Positions 45,269-55,928 of a DNA stretch of 64,000 nt are shown one piece after another. Under the pieces are notes generated by a model, which saw only the letters and a program-made list of their open reading frames with translations, did no database searches and was not told where the DNA came from. How positions within the stretch are numbered: position 1 is the stretch's first letter; every line of letters begins with the position of its first letter. Origin of the DNA: a virus; the IMG/VR virus record IMGVR_UViG_3300045988_174992; one strand, given 5' to 3'. A program made the translations under genes and the position numbers.

Positions 45269-45583
45269 TTATTTGGATAAAGTCTTTATTTCTTCTACAT
45301 TTATCTTAGGAATAATATATAAAGTATCTTTATGGTTTCCAAAAAAGTAAATGTTGTCATTTGTTTGTCCATATATGACAGAGGTGGCATTCACTTTATT
45401 CTTTGTTCCATCTTTATAAGTTACTTCAAATGTGGTCGATGTGTTATGTACTGGAGTTTCTTCAACATAAGAATCATAAGTATGTTGGGTTTGAGTACCA
45501 ATGATACATCTAGTGTACCCTAAATATATGAACAAAGATACAAATAAAATTATTACAAAATTTCGTATTGTCTTATCACTCAT
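45269..45583 (-). CDS. N-terminally membrane-anchored hypothetical protein
   Basis: 104 aa. TM segment FVIILFVSLFIYLGY. Confidence 0.6.
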   Translation of the reverse strand: MSDKTIRNFVIILFVSLFIYLGYTRCIIGTQTQHTYDSYVEETPVHNTSTTFEVTYKDGTKNKVNATSVIYGQTNDNIYFFGNHKDTLYIIPKINVEEIKTLSK

Positions 45584-46259
45584 ATTTCTTTGTAGTATAG
45601 TTGTACATCAATATTCTGTCACCAAAAGAAAAGTCAAATTTCTCTTTCCAGCCTTTCTTATATTGAATCTTAGAAAAATGACATTTCAATTTAATTAAAT
45701 CATCATAAGTCAATCCATGTTCTGGATCTGTTTGTATAAGCCTTGGAAATTGCTCTATCAACATATCTGTATCATCATCAACAATCATATAGTAGCTTGG
45801 TTTGAACTCATCAACCCATACTTTGATTTCATCACCACGACACCATCGCTTACCATTTGTTCTACCTAAATTCAATCTGCAAGTTTGTCCTATGATATAA
45901 GGAGATATCTTATTCAAATATGGTATGCTATCTAAAGATTTGAATGTTTCATAGATATTACCAGACCTTCTCCAAGATGATGACAATACCAACATGAAAC
46001 CTGTTGATTGCAAAAATTCAATCAACATATCAACTGCTTTGGGATCACAAAAATTATGATAATTAGGATTTGGATTCTTGTACAATTCTTCAGCCCAATC
46101 ACCACTATTCAACACACCATCAATATCAAGAAATATGATAGGAGTACAACATTTTTCTTTCCAATCTGCATCAACAATACCTGCATAATTAGTTAGCCAC
46201 ATTCTCTTCTTTGGATCCTTTGGATACATGAAAACCGGATTATTATTACGATATGCCAT
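45576..46259 (-). CDS. HAD-superfamily phosphatase-like protein
   Basis: Motif I IIFLDIDGVLN, motif II VLSSSW, motif IV MIVDDDTD. Layout resembles the HAD domains of RNA-repair proteins (inference). Confidence 0.6.
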   Translation of the reverse strand: MAYRNNNPVFMYPKDPKKRMWLTNYAGIVDADWKEKCCTPIIFLDIDGVLNSGDWAEELYKNPNPNYHNFCDPKAVDMLIEFLQSTGFMLVLSSSWRRSGNIYETFKSLDSIPYLNKISPYIIGQTCRLNLGRTNGKRWCRGDEIKVWVDEFKPSYYMIVDDDTDMLIEQFPRLIQTDPEHGLTYDDLIKLKCHFSKIQYKKGWKEKFDFSFGDRILMYNYTTKKYE

Positions 46260-46264
46260 AGTTT

Positions 46265-46459
46265 TTACTTCTCTACTTCTTTGTATTTTCTCTTCAAAAA
46301 TACTACAAACTTATCATCATACATGTGTTCAACACTAAATGCTTCCCAACCATCAGCACCATCTAGCTTACTATCTACTTGGTCATAGGTAATATCGTGT
46401 ACTGTTACAATTTGCGTACGATATTCCCATTTGTCATCTTCAATCATTTTGTATATCAT
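46265..46459 (-). CDS. Small hypothetical protein
   Basis: 64-aa ORF. Confidence 0.5.
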   Translation of the reverse strand: MIYKMIEDDKWEYRTQIVTVHDITYDQVDSKLDGADGWEAFSVEHMYDDKFVVFLKRKYKEVEK

Positions 46460-46462
46460 ATC

Positions 46463-46939
46463 TTATTTACCGTTAGTGAGTTTCCAAATCTGCTTATCTA
46501 CATCCTTCTTTACAACTTCAAGATAGTTGTTATATGCATCAATTATATGCTGAATATCCTCACCATTCAAAATTGTGAAATTCCAATGTTCATTCAAATC
46601 TTCGATTGTATGGTCATTTCGAAGAATGTAAGGATTCATGAACTTATGGAGAATATCAAATACATCATGACGAGAAGTAACATCTAACTCTGTATCAATA
46701 GTAATTTCTGGGTCATCACTATAAAGATACTTCTTTACAAAGTAATAAGCTGGCATGCTGATAATCCAACAGCCATCTAAAACTTGATAACCACTAGGGT
46801 ATTTCGACATACAAATTCGAATATCATTATCTGAATTCAACAAATTCTTTACTGAATATCTGTCTTTATGAGTAAGCTTTACTGCTTCAATTGTATTTGG
46901 ATTGATAAACATAATAATGTATTTTATTAATATAAACAT
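46463..46939 (-). CDS. Hypothetical protein
   Basis: 158-aa ORF. Alternative start at 46912. Confidence 0.65.
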   Translation of the reverse strand: MFILIKYIIMFINPNTIEAVKLTHKDRYSVKNLLNSDNDIRICMSKYPSGYQVLDGCWIISMPAYYFVKKYLYSDDPEITIDTELDVTSRHDVFDILHKFMNPYILRNDHTIEDLNEHWNFTILNGEDIQHIIDAYNNYLEVVKKDVDKQIWKLTNGK

Positions 46940-46940
46940 T

Positions 46941-46993
46941 AAAACCTGTTCTGTATCTTAAATTTTTTACATTTAAAATATAGAACAGGTTTT
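46941..46993 (-). terminator. 12-bp perfect inverted repeat enclosing the -10-type box of P12
   Basis: AAAACCTGTTCT (46941-46952) pairs with AGAACAGGTTTT (46982-46993). 29-nt loop. Confidence 0.5.
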
Positions 46994-47005
46994 ATAAATT
47001 TCAAA
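46977..47005 (-). promoter_or_regulatory. Promoter-family member P12
   Basis: Minus strand reads TTTGAAATTTATAAAACCTGTTCTATATT. Confidence 0.7.
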
Positions 47006-47017
47006 ATAAATATAAGA

Positions 47018-47671
47018 TTAACTAATTTTTACTACATTTGCCGGAACAATCTCACCATCATCTCTAATATAGTCCCATCTGGGTGTTAAACCACTATCTT
47101 TATATTTTCCATAAGTATATAAATTAAAATTTCTACCGTAAACTGTTGTGGTTTCATTATATCCACTAGTAACCCTAATACTAAAATCTTCTATTTTAGG
47201 TTCACTTGCACTATCCATCATAGAAATTTCTACATATTGTACTTCACCTGATCCATCAGATTTTACATTAAGCAAATGAAATCTGTTTGGGTTATCAGTG
47301 TATGTTGGAGCAAAATCCCTAGTTGTTAAAAAAGCACCACAATCCTCATATAAAAGTGGATCAAACACTATATTTATAGCTAATTGTAAAGAATATTGAT
47401 GCAGTTGTTGAGTTTTCTTAAAATAAAATGTTTTCTTAATACCCCCACCACCATTTCTCCAATCCCCATATATTGTTTCACAATAGCAATCATAATTACT
47501 ACTATCTCCATCATCATATCCATTATAAGTTATACTATAATTTCCATTAGAATCTGGTCCTGTCATATTACTGCTAAAATTATTTGGATAGTGATTAATG
47601 TCACCACTAAAACATTCTGATTCATATTTTTCTACACTACCACTTTTAGTATAACATCTTGCTGAAGCCAT
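47018..47671 (-). CDS. Hypothetical protein
   Basis: 217-aa ORF. Gly/Asn/Tyr-rich. Confidence 0.65.
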   Translation of the reverse strand: MASARCYTKSGSVEKYESECFSGDINHYPNNFSSNMTGPDSNGNYSITYNGYDDGDSSNYDCYCETIYGDWRNGGGGIKKTFYFKKTQQLHQYSLQLAINIVFDPLLYEDCGAFLTTRDFAPTYTDNPNRFHLLNVKSDGSGEVQYVEISMMDSASEPKIEDFSIRVTSGYNETTTVYGRNFNLYTYGKYKDSGLTPRWDYIRDDGEIVPANVVKIS

Positions 47672-47867
47672 ATTATTTCATAAACAGCGCTTTAGGGAAG
47701 TTCCCTCTATTCTACATAACTCCTCATGTTGCACTTTATGGCATATCATATAAGTGTATTTCATTAATTATTCATAAAATTACAACGAGTCAGTAGCGAT
47801 TCATTGATTTGTAGCTATATAAAAATAAAATGGTATACCTGTTGAACATTAAATTTCTTTCAAGTTC

Positions 47868-47881
47868 AATTTTTATATAAC
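47868..47881 (+). promoter_or_regulatory. Candidate late-type motif AATTTTTATATAAC
   Basis: About 25 nt before ATG 47905. Related to the boxes at 93, 37161 and 30978(-). Confidence 0.25.
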
Positions 47882-47904
47882 TAAACATTGAACTTCAAAA
47901 TCAA

Positions 47905-49503
47905 ATGCCAGTAATACTTCAAAGTGGATATGTATTTCAGGGTGATAGCAAAGCCTTACCAAAGATAGTAACAAACAGTAAGCTTGGATCTTTTGTATTC
48001 AGGGGTACTTCTTGGGACTGGTCTAACTTGGTATTCAGCGGCTCTGCTAACACCTTGCAATTTGTTCCTGATCCTAATGATGGAGGATTGCAGGGGGACT
48101 TCAGTATAGGTACAGGTTCTGTTACTTCAGCTTATCCTAACAAACAATCTACTTTTGATTTTGATCCTAATAAGGTCTTTGAACTAGAACCTGCTGGTGG
48201 AACAGGCTATTTTGATTTGAAGGCAAGAGAGCTTACTTATACCTGGAAGTTTGGACCTATCCTTGCTTCTTACCAATACACTAAATCAGATAACTATATG
48301 GAATTTATTGAAGGTAAATTTTTATTTACCGGTATTTCTAATTCTTATAGAGGAGTAAACCATACAACAGTTTATCCTGAAAATAAATTAGAAGGAAATA
48401 CATATATCCAATATCATTATCTTGATGTATTACGTTCTTCTGTTTCTTTAAATTCTAATAATTGGACAAACAAACCTGTTGAAAGTTCTTCTACTGACTA
48501 TACTGTTTCTTTTTCTATAGGTCCTAACAATACACCAGAAGCAGCTTATACTGAAGTGAGATTCATAGGTTTTTCTAATGAAGCTTTGGGATGGGAATAT
48601 TTTGAACCTTCATCATCTTTTGGAACAATTAAACTAAATCATCCAAGAGCAGTTCCATTTACAAATGAAGAAAATCAACGTTCTTTACCTGATGCTAGCC
48701 TACCTAAAGAATTCACTTTGTTGAAAGTTTGGCAAAAACCTAACATTCTCTATTATGCTCACTTGAAGTTTATAAATTTGGATTATACAGATTATGATAA
48801 TCCACCATCTAATGCAAATGTATTGGAACATTGGTATTCAAATTGGGATGTAAAAAGAAGAGAAATATTGCTTTACATAGAATTTGGAGTAAGCCCTAAT
48901 GGTGGTAAGACAATATGGTGGAATGGGCTAGAATCAAACCCAAATATAGGAGGTACAATAGGAGCTAAGCTTGTTGCTAGAGGTATTACTACCATAGTGC
49001 CTAATGACATCAATAAGTACTTGACTGCCACTCTACTCAATTATTCTACTAAACCAGGAAATGTAAATGGTAAACCAGAAGGTGAATCACCTGATAACAG
49101 ATATAACATATCTACATCTTCTGCTACAGTTCATGGTACTAATACATTCAAATATGTAAGAATACCTATATGGACCGATTTACCAAATGATGAATATGCA
49201 AACAACAGTGAAAACACTATCCAGAAATATGAATGTATCAATTTTTCTGATGTACAAACAAATACTACAGCTACACATAATGAAGATATTGGTATAGATG
49301 CAAGCACTAAAAGGAGATCTGATGAATATTGGGCTAAATATCAAGAAAATTCTGAATCATCGGAAAAATTCCAGATAGGAAGAAAAAACAGAACTAACAA
49401 TTGGAGAACTGATATTCATATAGACTTGTTCTACAAGAAATATCCTTTGAAATATAAAGGGTCAACTGATGGTAAGACAGTAACTTCTAAATTAACTTCC
49501 TAA
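47905..49503 (+). CDS. Large hypothetical protein (virion/adhesin-type composition)
   Basis: 532-aa ORF rich in N/S/T/Y/G. Confidence 0.7.
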   Translation: MPVILQSGYVFQGDSKALPKIVTNSKLGSFVFRGTSWDWSNLVFSGSANTLQFVPDPNDGGLQGDFSIGTGSVTSAYPNKQSTFDFDPNKVFELEPAGGTGYFDLKARELTYTWKFGPILASYQYTKSDNYMEFIEGKFLFTGISNSYRGVNHTTVYPENKLEGNTYIQYHYLDVLRSSVSLNSNNWTNKPVESSSTDYTVSFSIGPNNTPEAAYTEVRFIGFSNEALGWEYFEPSSSFGTIKLNHPRAVPFTNEENQRSLPDASLPKEFTLLKVWQKPNILYYAHLKFINLDYTDYDNPPSNANVLEHWYSNWDVKRREILLYIEFGVSPNGGKTIWWNGLESNPNIGGTIGAKLVARGITTIVPNDINKYLTATLLNYSTKPGNVNGKPEGESPDNRYNISTSSATVHGTNTFKYVRIPIWTDLPNDEYANNSENTIQKYECINFSDVQTNTTATHNEDIGIDASTKRRSDEYWAKYQENSESSEKFQIGRKNRTNNWRTDIHIDLFYKKYPLKYKGSTDGKTVTSKLTS

Positions 49504-49539
49504 ATAGAAAGAATTTAAATTACATTATTAAAATACTCT

Positions 49540-52500
49540 ATGGCAGATTACGGAAATTATTTTACTTCAAATAGTGGAAATTACAACTACAATACAAGAG
49601 GGCATTCTTATGATGATTCTGATTGGGTTATTGTTGGATTAGCAAATTCTGGTAATGTATCTCAACCTATTCCACACCCTAATGGCGCTGAATTTACAGG
49701 TAACAATACAACTTGTTATTTCTATATCACTAATCACATGTCTAAGCCTAATAGGGAAGTAAAGACTGGTAACGACTATGTTGCTTATTTCAATTGGGCA
49801 ACGGCTAACAAAAATACTATAGGATCTGTGGATGGAGATTTCAATTTCTACCCATTTGGAAGCAAAACTGATTCTAGATTTATTGAACCAACAGGATTAG
49901 ATGATACTAAACATGGTGTAAGTCCTTATAGCAATTCTAACAACAACGTCATATCTAGAACTAACTTAACTGTAAAAGGTACAACTTTTACAGCTGGTTA
50001 TCGTAGACATAAGATACAATATGAACCAAGCATACGATATGATTTAAATAGCTACAATTATGGTACAAATGACAATTATAAAAGTGATGGTAGTACTAAG
50101 GCAACTGGTGGTCGTGTTGTAACACAAAGATATGATGCTTTTCAAACTTTCTATAATATAGAAGACCCATATAGTGTACTCAATATCTCTATAGCAAACC
50201 ATGATGATGCAAAGTCAAGTTCTCCAACTTTCTGTACATTAACTAACAACAAGTCAGAATACAGAATAAGTCATTCTTATACTTACAACCCATATACTAA
50301 TTCAGCTACTTGGAATAATACTAATTATCTTTCATTTACATACAATACATTGCCTACTTATCCAAAAGAATTAGTTTTTACTTATGGGTCTAATTACAAT
50401 TCTGTTTCTTATGATGGTGATACTATAACAGTTGAAGCTAAAGCCCGTTATAATGGTACTTATGACAGATTTACAACTTCTACTGCAAATGATGATGGGT
50501 TTTCTTCTTATAAGAGATATGTAGATGTAACATATAGCTTATCTACTTTTAACAGTTCTACTATACCTACAGGTTCAAATACATATACATTCAGAATATG
50601 GCAACCTGGTTCTAAGTTAGGAATATCTTATACTTGGTCTATAGATAACAATCCATCTTGGGCACATCTTTCTACAACCTCCGGAAATACAACAAAGGTA
50701 ACATTTGATGACCAAGGAGATGACAAGCCAAGTGTAGGTGGTACTCTTTCATTATCATTGAACAATACTACTATTTCTAATGGAGGATCTACCACTGGTT
50801 CTGTTTCTGGTGTATCTTGGACAGCTCCTACTAATAAAAGCGCTCGTTCTTGTGTACTAAGGCAGAATATGACTGTTACAAATTATTGTGCACAAAACAT
50901 TACACCTAAGACTAGTTCTGGTCAACCATATCAATCTTTGACTTTAACACAGAATGGAATGACTTGGAACAATCCATCATTTGATATGAAATGGAAAGTT
51001 ACCCAAAAAAGTAAGACAACCACAACTTATAATGATATATATGGACATGGTTGGCCTACTATTAACATAGGTGGGATATCAACATCAGATGGAACAGAAA
51101 AGACAACTGGATGGTATTACAACACATCATCAAAATCAGTTTCTGTTTTAATGCCAACAATAAGCAAACCTTGGGTAAATACTTATAGTGGTGGTAAAGT
51201 AACTATAACAAAAGGATCTAATACAGCTATATCTTATAAAGGTGGTAGTATAACTATAAATTTAGATCCTAATATTACATTCAGACAGGGTTTTACATCT
51301 GGTGTTTCTGAACGTACTTGGACAATATCTAATACTGCAAATAATGCAACAAATCAAGAATATTGGGCGTTAAATAAATTTAATGATGTTGTTATCAAAC
51401 TTCCTGCTATAGCTGCTGCAAATCATGCTTTTGGTAATGCAACATTGTCATGGAGAGACACCGGTACCCAAGATTTAACATTTTCTAAATCAAGCAGAAC
51501 ATGGAATAATTCTAATTCTGATGACAGTTTTACAACAACATTAGCTTCTAACTTACCTTATATTGGTAGTTGGACAGCTTCTGCTAGCGGTGGCTCAATT
51601 ACATTTAAATCTACTACTAAAAATTCAAGTTCCACATCTGGTACTATATCATTTTATGGATCTACTTATCAGGATGGTGTACTGACACCAAGTCCATCTA
51701 CTATAACTATATCACAAAACGGTACAAGCATATCTGGTACTATCTATATAAAAGCAGAAGGTACTGGTATAAAAAGTTGTGATGGATCCTCAGTATATCC
51801 TATAGATGGTAATACAAGAACTGCTAGTTATTCTTTAAAACCTAAAGAGTATATACATGTTACTAAAGTAGAAAATTTAGCGGCAACAATAACGTCACCA
51901 ACAAATAGAAATGTAATATGGCAAGGTGAAACTATTTATTTTGGTAAAAAATCAGGAACTGTAACAACAGAAACTACAGCTTCTAAAACATATCCTTATA
52001 AAATAACTGTAAGTAGTAATATAGTTAGTACTTATCCATCTAATGCTACCAATGGAGTTATATTAAGTAATAGTGTTACACCTTATGATGCAAATTATGT
52101 TATTGAATATTCAGTTGATAGTGGTTCTTGGACCACTAGTACTACGGCCACTATAGGACAAAGACCTGCCGTGTGGTCATCAAGTCCATCATTAGTAGTT
52201 AGATCTAGTGGTTGGACAAATGTAAATGAAGGTATTTATAAATACACAAGAGGATGGTATGCTTCACAAGGATCTACAACACATACAGTAGCAATAAGAG
52301 TAATAGATAGAAATAATAGCGATAAAGTATTTAGTGGAACATCAGCATCTATAACTCAAGATGGTCAAGGTGGATATTCAACAGATACAAGATATACATT
52401 TACCACTGGTGGAACAAATTGTACTACAAGCACACCTTCAGCAACTGGTTCTAGTGCAGGAAATTATGGGTCATTTACTGTAAGTCCTTGGTCGCCAATA

Positions 52501-54501
52501 TCAGATCCTAGTGGTAACCAAGGATCAGAAAATGATATATCTAATTATATATACAATTATAGTAATAAATTATCTGAAGGATATTGGGACTCATCTACAG
52601 TAACTGCTGAATTTATAGGTGAAAGTAAAACATTTGGATATGGTGAAAGTATAAGTATGAAGTTTGGCGTCAGATCAAGTTCACCAGATACTAAAGTTTG
52701 GATATATACAGGAAAAAAGACTTGGAATTATAAATATAAATTTTGGATAAAAGCAAGTAATGAAACCAATTATCATTATAATAGCACTTTAACAGGAACA
52801 GGTTCTACTGGACCATGGTCATCCATTACATATTATAGAAAAATAAATTTTGATGGTGGATCATGGTCAAGATTAGATACGAATGGAGAAAAAACAATAA
52901 CATTAACATCAGCTGGTGAACACACAGTGAAAGTAGGATGGTGGTCTGGTAATGATGGTCCTTATCATACACAATCAAAGACAATTACTTTAGGACAAAT
53001 AACCGTAATATATCATAAAATTACATTTTTCCTTTTTTTATTGACTCCAAACACAGTTGGACCTAATATATTTAATAAAATGAAATACACAATAAATGGA
53101 ACGGATAAAACTGTGGATTTAGATACATATTCCAAATTTGAAATACAGGTAAATGATGGTGATGAAATTATATTTCATTCTGATAATTATACATCATGTA
53201 ATAATATTAAAGATATAACTAGATCAGATAATTATTATGTAGATCAGTATGGATTGTCAGGTAACCACCCTGCACAATTGTTATACTATAATGATTCTAA
53301 CGATGTTAAAAACGATATGTTTACATTATATCATAAATTAAATGACGTTATATATGCTGATGTATATGGTCATCATGATATAACAATTAATAATGTAACA
53401 GAAGATAGCATTGCATATATGTATGTTGTACCAAAATATATATATGTGCACCCATGGCATGCAGGATATTCGCAAGAAAATGCATCTGATAGCACAGATA
53501 ATGTATGGGATGATACTGAGTTTTCCGATAATGATAAATATACGCAGTGTAAAATGAGTTGTTCAGGACGTAAATCAAATACAGGAAGTGATTATGATAG
53601 AGGTCCATGGGGTGCTCCTGCAGGTGATGGTGGAAACAGAACAGATTTTTCGGGTATTATTGATCCTTTTGGTGTTGTTAGACATTCAGATAATAAAAAA
53701 TCAAAAGAAAAATGGTATAACTATCATTTAGGTGTAAAGTTAACCACTTCTTTATATGAGTATGAACCAAGTAAAGTATATACCGTTTATAGAAGTACAT
53801 ATACAAATCCAGCTAACTCGATATATTTTTCATATAATAATGTATGTGATAATTTTTTAAGAACATTAAATAATTCACCAAAACCAACAAGTAGTTATTG
53901 GGGTGATGAAAAAATAATCAATAGATATATTGAACCATATAATAGTTATATTCCATATGATAATGCTAGAAGAGGAAATTATGAAACAGTGACTTATGCT
54001 AAACAATTTCCTCAAAATAATACATATATTGCTCTTGATAGAACAGATCCAGATAATTCAGCAAGAGAAGCGGCAACTACGATGCCACCACAATTTTGGG
54101 TGGGCCCTAAAATAAATGCATGGGGTAAATTCGTTAAAGCACCACAAGATAATTTTGGTTTAAATTATTTGTCTCCTCCAATGATATTGCAAGGTTTGAT
54201 TTGTGGAGGATCTGGTGGTGATAAAAATCACCAAGCATTAGGATTATTTTCTGCAATTTCTTTAAAAGGAAAAAATAAAAATAATAATAAATTAATGTTT
54301 TTTGCTGAGGCATATAATACTTATTTTGATCATGATATCCCACAATCAACGATAGGTACAATAAATCAACCTTATAATTCTTATATAATTACTGGTAGAA
54401 TTAAAAATGGCGGCCGTCGTGGTTCTGAATTGCCAATTTGGCAAAAATTTAGATTCAATATATGGGCTAAGGCAAAAGAATGGATAGAAGAATATGGATA
54501 G
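49540..54501 (+). CDS. Giant S/T/N-rich hypothetical protein (1653 aa), possibly two fused genes
   Basis: Continuous ORF. Composition changes at about aa 1160-1180, across an intergenic-looking AT-rich stretch with a T7 run (53033-53039) and an in-frame AATAAAATG at 53080. TAG stop. Confidence 0.7.
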   Translation: MADYGNYFTSNSGNYNYNTRGHSYDDSDWVIVGLANSGNVSQPIPHPNGAEFTGNNTTCYFYITNHMSKPNREVKTGNDYVAYFNWATANKNTIGSVDGDFNFYPFGSKTDSRFIEPTGLDDTKHGVSPYSNSNNNVISRTNLTVKGTTFTAGYRRHKIQYEPSIRYDLNSYNYGTNDNYKSDGSTKATGGRVVTQRYDAFQTFYNIEDPYSVLNISIANHDDAKSSSPTFCTLTNNKSEYRISHSYTYNPYTNSATWNNTNYLSFTYNTLPTYPKELVFTYGSNYNSVSYDGDTITVEAKARYNGTYDRFTTSTANDDGFSSYKRYVDVTYSLSTFNSSTIPTGSNTYTFRIWQPGSKLGISYTWSIDNNPSWAHLSTTSGNTTKVTFDDQGDDKPSVGGTLSLSLNNTTISNGGSTTGSVSGVSWTAPTNKSARSCVLRQNMTVTNYCAQNITPKTSSGQPYQSLTLTQNGMTWNNPSFDMKWKVTQKSKTTTTYNDIYGHGWPTINIGGISTSDGTEKTTGWYYNTSSKSVSVLMPTISKPWVNTYSGGKVTITKGSNTAISYKGGSITINLDPNITFRQGFTSGVSERTWTISNTANNATNQEYWALNKFNDVVIKLPAIAAANHAFGNATLSWRDTGTQDLTFSKSSRTWNNSNSDDSFTTTLASNLPYIGSWTASASGGSITFKSTTKNSSSTSGTISFYGSTYQDGVLTPSPSTITISQNGTSISGTIYIKAEGTGIKSCDGSSVYPIDGNTRTASYSLKPKEYIHVTKVENLAATITSPTNRNVIWQGETIYFGKKSGTVTTETTASKTYPYKITVSSNIVSTYPSNATNGVILSNSVTPYDANYVIEYSVDSGSWTTSTTATIGQRPAVWSSSPSLVVRSSGWTNVNEGIYKYTRGWYASQGSTTHTVAIRVIDRNNSDKVFSGTSASITQDGQGGYSTDTRYTFTTGGTNCTTSTPSATGSSAGNYGSFTVSPWSPISDPSGNQGSENDISNYIYNYSNKLSEGYWDSSTVTAEFIGESKTFGYGESISMKFGVRSSSPDTKVWIYTGKKTWNYKYKFWIKASNETNYHYNSTLTGTGSTGPWSSITYYRKINFDGGSWSRLDTNGEKTITLTSAGEHTVKVGWWSGNDGPYHTQSKTITLGQITVIYHKITFFLFLLTPNTVGPNIFNKMKYTINGTDKTVDLDTYSKFEIQVNDGDEIIFHSDNYTSCNNIKDITRSDNYYVDQYGLSGNHPAQLLYYNDSNDVKNDMFTLYHKLNDVIYADVYGHHDITINNVTEDSIAYMYVVPKYIYVHPWHAGYSQENASDSTDNVWDDTEFSDNDKYTQCKMSCSGRKSNTGSDYDRGPWGAPAGDGGNRTDFSGIIDPFGVVRHSDNKKSKEKWYNYHLGVKLTTSLYEYEPSKVYTVYRSTYTNPANSIYFSYNNVCDNFLRTLNNSPKPTSSYWGDEKIINRYIEPYNSYIPYDNARRGNYETVTYAKQFPQNNTYIALDRTDPDNSAREAATTMPPQFWVGPKINAWGKFVKAPQDNFGLNYLSPPMILQGLICGGSGGDKNHQALGLFSAISLKGKNKNNNKLMFFAEAYNTYFDHDIPQSTIGTINQPYNSYIITGRIKNGGRRGSELPIWQKFRFNIWAKAKEWIEEYG

Positions 54502-54532
54502 TTCAACGATGGTTAATTATTTTATATGCCCG

Positions 54533-54568
54533 AAATGGGAGGATCTTAGATCCTCCCATTTTTATTTT
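54533..54568. terminator. Bidirectional intrinsic terminator
   Basis: 13-bp stem AAATGGGAGGATC-TTA-GATCCTCCCATTT followed by TTTTATTTT. Confidence 0.8.
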
Positions 54569-55389
54569 AATTTTTTAACTTCTCGATTTGTAATATAACC
54601 TTCTTCATCTAACCATTCTACAATATAATATCCTTTTTCTAGACAATCAATATCATAGAATTTAGCGGTGAACCAATCTTCTGATGGTTTCCATCTTGAA
54701 CCATCTTCATGAGCAATAATAGGTTTCTTGCATTTGGTATGTCCTACAATCTGAGTCCAAGTACGCATATATTGCGCTTCATGATCGTAATCTTCATACA
54801 TATCAGATAACAATGCTTCAGGTCTTACCCAAAGTGGACCATTCAATGGATCATTTCCATAAGGATCAAAATGTGAACCATAGGTAAACTTAAAGTTGTC
54901 AAAACTATCAACATCAATCATATTGATAGGAATACTTACCTTATGACGTTCATTAATCCATTTGTTTGTTACACCTGCATGAGTATAAATGATTCTATTT
55001 GTCATGTCAACAAAAGAAAATCTAAGCTTTCTAGATTTGACACAATCCTTCAACAACTGTCCTGCAAGCAACTGTGTCATTTGGTTATAACCACTATACT
55101 TGTCATCACCATCAACAAGATAATGAAAGTCATGATTGCCGATAAGCATATAAAACAAACCTTCTTCTTTGTTATGTTTATTCTGTAATGCAAGCAAATT
55201 CTTAAAACCATCCAATTGCTGTTCTGGCGTGATATTTTCATAAGTGTCAAAATAATCACCTAAAGTAATTACTTCATATAATGTAGTATTTGGATCTTTT
55301 GGTTTCTCCAAATTATAGATAGTATTGAACTTATCATAATTACCATGGATATCACCAACAACCAATCGTTTTGTCTTTTGTACTTTCAT
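54562..55389 (-). CDS. Calcineurin-like metallophosphoesterase (Ser/Thr phosphatase type)
   Basis: GDIHGN, GDYFD, GNHD, THAG and VGHT motifs in canonical order. Confidence 0.8.
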   Translation of the reverse strand: MKVQKTKRLVVGDIHGNYDKFNTIYNLEKPKDPNTTLYEVITLGDYFDTYENITPEQQLDGFKNLLALQNKHNKEEGLFYMLIGNHDFHYLVDGDDKYSGYNQMTQLLAGQLLKDCVKSRKLRFSFVDMTNRIIYTHAGVTNKWINERHKVSIPINMIDVDSFDNFKFTYGSHFDPYGNDPLNGPLWVRPEALLSDMYEDYDHEAQYMRTWTQIVGHTKCKKPIIAHEDGSRWKPSEDWFTAKFYDIDCLEKGYYIVEWLDEEGYITNREVKKLK

Positions 55390-55390
55390 A

Positions 55391-55705
55391 TTATTTCTTT
55401 TCCATTAATGTTGATAATGTTAGACCTACTGAACCCCATAATGGTTGTAATGAGAAACCAAGCATAGATCTGAAATCAATAAGATGCTTATCATACCAAG
55501 CATTCATATCTTCCAATAACTTATCTGCTGCTTCTTTGGTGTCTTCACATTCTTCTACCATTTTCCACAACTCATCTAATGAATTGGGATCATCAATAGT
55601 ACCAGGATCATTCTTATAAAATTCAGTAGCTCTCTTGACTGATTCTAATTCAGATCCTAAAGTACGTCCAAAATATTTTACACTTACATCTGTCAACTTA
55701 CCCAT
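55391..55705 (-). CDS. Hypothetical protein
   Basis: 104-aa ORF. Confidence 0.6.
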   Translation of the reverse strand: MGKLTDVSVKYFGRTLGSELESVKRATEFYKNDPGTIDDPNSLDELWKMVEECEDTKEAADKLLEDMNAWYDKHLIDFRSMLGFSLQPLWGSVGLTLSTLMEKK

Positions 55706-55706
55706 T

Positions 55707-55925
55707 TTATTGTGTCGTTAATTTAAATTCTAGATACTGTGGTTCATCATCAAATGAATACTTGCTTCCTTTTAACATTTCTTTAATGTTATCATGAATC
55801 AAGCTATTCAGGAAGAAATCACCAAACCACCCATCACCTATTCTTTTTGGTTCTGATGTAAAAAGAAATAATTTATTTTCTTTATTTACAGCAAACCAAA
55901 TTCCAATATTCTTATTCTCTCCCAT
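55707..55925 (-). CDS. Hypothetical protein
   Basis: 72-aa ORF. Confidence 0.55.
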   Translation of the reverse strand: MGENKNIGIWFAVNKENKLFLFTSEPKRIGDGWFGDFFLNSLIHDNIKEMLKGSKYSFDDEPQYLEFKLTTQ

Positions 55926-55928
55926 GTT

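Noticed and set aside
47672-47904. A fifth degenerate copy of the repeat family (ACAGCGCTTTAGGGAAG resembles CAGGCGCTTTACTAG of copy C2)
   Set aside because: Similarity is limited to about 11 nt and none of the other conserved boxes are present. This is probably chance.
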